Positions 62,520-64,000 of a DNA stretch of 64,000 nt are shown one piece after another (the stretch's first letter is position 1; each line of letters begins with the position of its first letter). The stretch is from NCBI RefSeq assembly GCF_000189555.1, contig NC_017276.1. The stretch is one strand, 5' to 3'. The notes beneath the pieces were generated by a model. It ran no database searches and was not told the origin of the DNA. It was given only the letters and a program-made list of their open reading frames with translations. Source of the DNA: Saccharolobus islandicus REY15A (GTDB lineage Archaea > Thermoproteota > Thermoprotei_A > Sulfolobales > Sulfolobaceae). A program made the translations under genes and the position numbers.

Positions 62520-63539
62520 ATGGAAAATCGCATAGCGAGGTATTTAAGTGAAAATGCCAATTTGTTTCATATTTCTCCTAGTTATAAGGCTAAAAGATTA
62601 GCCTCTAAGTATGGATTTTTAGATTATATGATAGAACGATATTTGAATATGTTTAGTAGTAAAGAAGAATTAGAAGAATATCTAAATTCTTGTAGTTTTC
62701 CATTAAAAAAGAGTATTAGATGTAATACGTTGAGAACTGACTGCAAAAAATTGGAAGAAATGATGTCAGAGAAAGGATTCATTTTGGAAAAGGTCAAATG
62801 GCTTCAGCATGGTTATATAATTAAAAGAACTCCACCTAAGCCGTCTCTAGGTTCTACACTTGAGTATCTCATGGGATATTATCATATTCAAGGGCTAGCT
62901 TCTATGGTACCCGCGTATGTCCTAAATCCTTCACAAGATGATTTTGTTTTGGATATGGCTGCGGCACCTGGTGGAAAAACTACACAAGTATCTCAAATAA
63001 TGCAGAATAAAGGTTTGGTAGTAGCAGTTGAGAAAAAGCGTAGTAGGATTAGAGCTCTTCTCAGTAATGTTAATAGGTTAGGGGCAGAGAATGTTGTACT
63101 AGTCAAAACCGATGTATTAAATTTAAGAAGAATAAATAAATTTCAATTCGATAGAATCTTATTAGACGCACCTTGTAGCGGTGAAGGATTAATACAAAAG
63201 GATCCTACTAGGCGATATAAAACCACAATTGATGACTTAAGGGATTTTGCATATTCACAGCTATCTCTAATCGAGATAGCATATGAGCTATTGAAAGAGG
63301 GCGGTTATATCGTTTATTCAACATGTAGCGTTGCACCAGAAGAGAATGAATTAATTGTTAATTTCGCTATCGAAGAATTAGGTATGAAAACCATGAGTGT
63401 AGAAGGATATCCTGCTTCTAACGGATACGTAGAATATTATAATACTAGATTTAATATCGATGTGAAGAATTGTTTAAGATTTTTCCCTCATACACAAGGT
63501 ACTGAGGGGTTTTTCCTATGCCTTTTAAAGAAGGAATAA
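62520..63539 (+). CDS. RsmB/NOP2-family RNA m5C methyltransferase
   Basis: [23 protein letters not shown]...ENE, GFF. Confidence 0.93.
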   Translation: MENRIARYLSENANLFHISPSYKAKRLASKYGFLDYMIERYLNMFSSKEELEEYLNSCSFPLKKSIRCNTLRTDCKKLEEMMSEKGFILEKVKWLQHGYIIKRTPPKPSLGSTLEYLMGYYHIQGLASMVPAYVLNPSQDDFVLDMAAAPGGKTTQVSQIMQNKGLVVAVEKKRSRIRALLSNVNRLGAENVVLVKTDVLNLRRINKFQFDRILLDAPCSGEGLIQKDPTRRYKTTIDDLRDFAYSQLSLIEIAYELLKEGGYIVYSTCSVAPEENELIVNFAIEELGMKTMSVEGYPASNGYVEYYNTRFNIDVKNCLRFFPHTQGTEGFFLCLLKKE

Positions 63540-63541
63540 AG

Positions 63542-64000
63542 ATGAGTTTTAGTAAGGTTGGAATAGATGAAGTTAAACCCAAACTTGAGGTTATTTTCTC
63601 AAGATATGGTTGTGTAAATAAGTTAAGTACATTTATAACTAACAAGTCATTCTATGAGCTTAAAGGCAAATATAATCAGTTGTTTATGTTAGCTAATAAT
63701 AGTGTAAATAATGACCGTTTACTGGAGTTCCTAAGTGGACTATTGAGTAAAGGTTTTCATCCATACTCCGTTGGTACACCAATAATTATTTATGATAGAT
63801 CTGAGATCTTGCCTACTTTGGCTTTCGGAAGGTATTTAGCTGAAATGTGTGAGAATAAGTTAGTAATATCAGATTACAATTTGATATATAAGATTATATA
63901 TAAAAAGCCTATATATATTAGTTCTGCGTATAATTATAATGATGTGATAATTGTGGATAAAATGAACAATTTTATAGCGTATGCAAAGGTCGAAAATAGG
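63542..64000 (+). CDS. Hypothetical protein, possibly Nip7/PUA-like (runs off the window end)
   Basis: ATG 63542 open to the window end (MSFSKVGIDE...PYSVG...); position after a NOP2-type gene is typical of Nip7. Confidence 0.5.
   Translation, partial: MSFSKVGIDEVKPKLEVIFSRYGCVNKLSTFITNKSFYELKGKYNQLFMLANNSVNNDRLLEFLSGLLSKGFHPYSVGTPIIIYDRSEILPTLAFGRYLAEMCENKLVISDYNLIYKIIYKKPIYISSAYNYNDVIIVDKMNNFIAYAKVENR

Overview
AT-rich core chromosome of a Sulfolobales archaeon (Saccharolobus, S. islandicus/solfataricus-like). In order it carries: a complex I-like nuo operon with a NuoM-NuoL fusion, thyX, sod, XPD, a shikimate/aromatic operon with split transketolase, and information-processing genes (Cdc45/RecJ-like, Pcc1, uL16, Dph2, Csl4, Rpo11, TFS, ABCE1, eS17, Urm1/SAMP, thermosome beta, TFB3, HisRS, proteasome beta, Rpo8, SmAP3, ArcTGT, PAN, aMBF1, HflX, Trm56, TFE, Elf1, GGGP synthase, Sec61beta, TiaS). 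It also holds RNase P RNA, four tRNAs and the replication origin oriC1 (three ORBs) beside cdc6-1/orc1-1. I saw no CRISPR array, integrase, intact IS or provirus, and no clearly new multi-gene system. The best leads are three conserved operon-internal genes that need non-canonical start codons (CTG for nadM; probably ATA for a Cgi121-like and a PUA protein), a small ORF with an in-frame TGA directly upstream of ABCE1, and an orphan C5-cytosine methyltransferase among RNA-modification genes. Others are a near-identical inverted tRNA-Arg pair flanking an MFS gene, a degenerate IS-end motif, and several uncharacterised proteins. All family calls come from reading motifs by eye; no searches were run.
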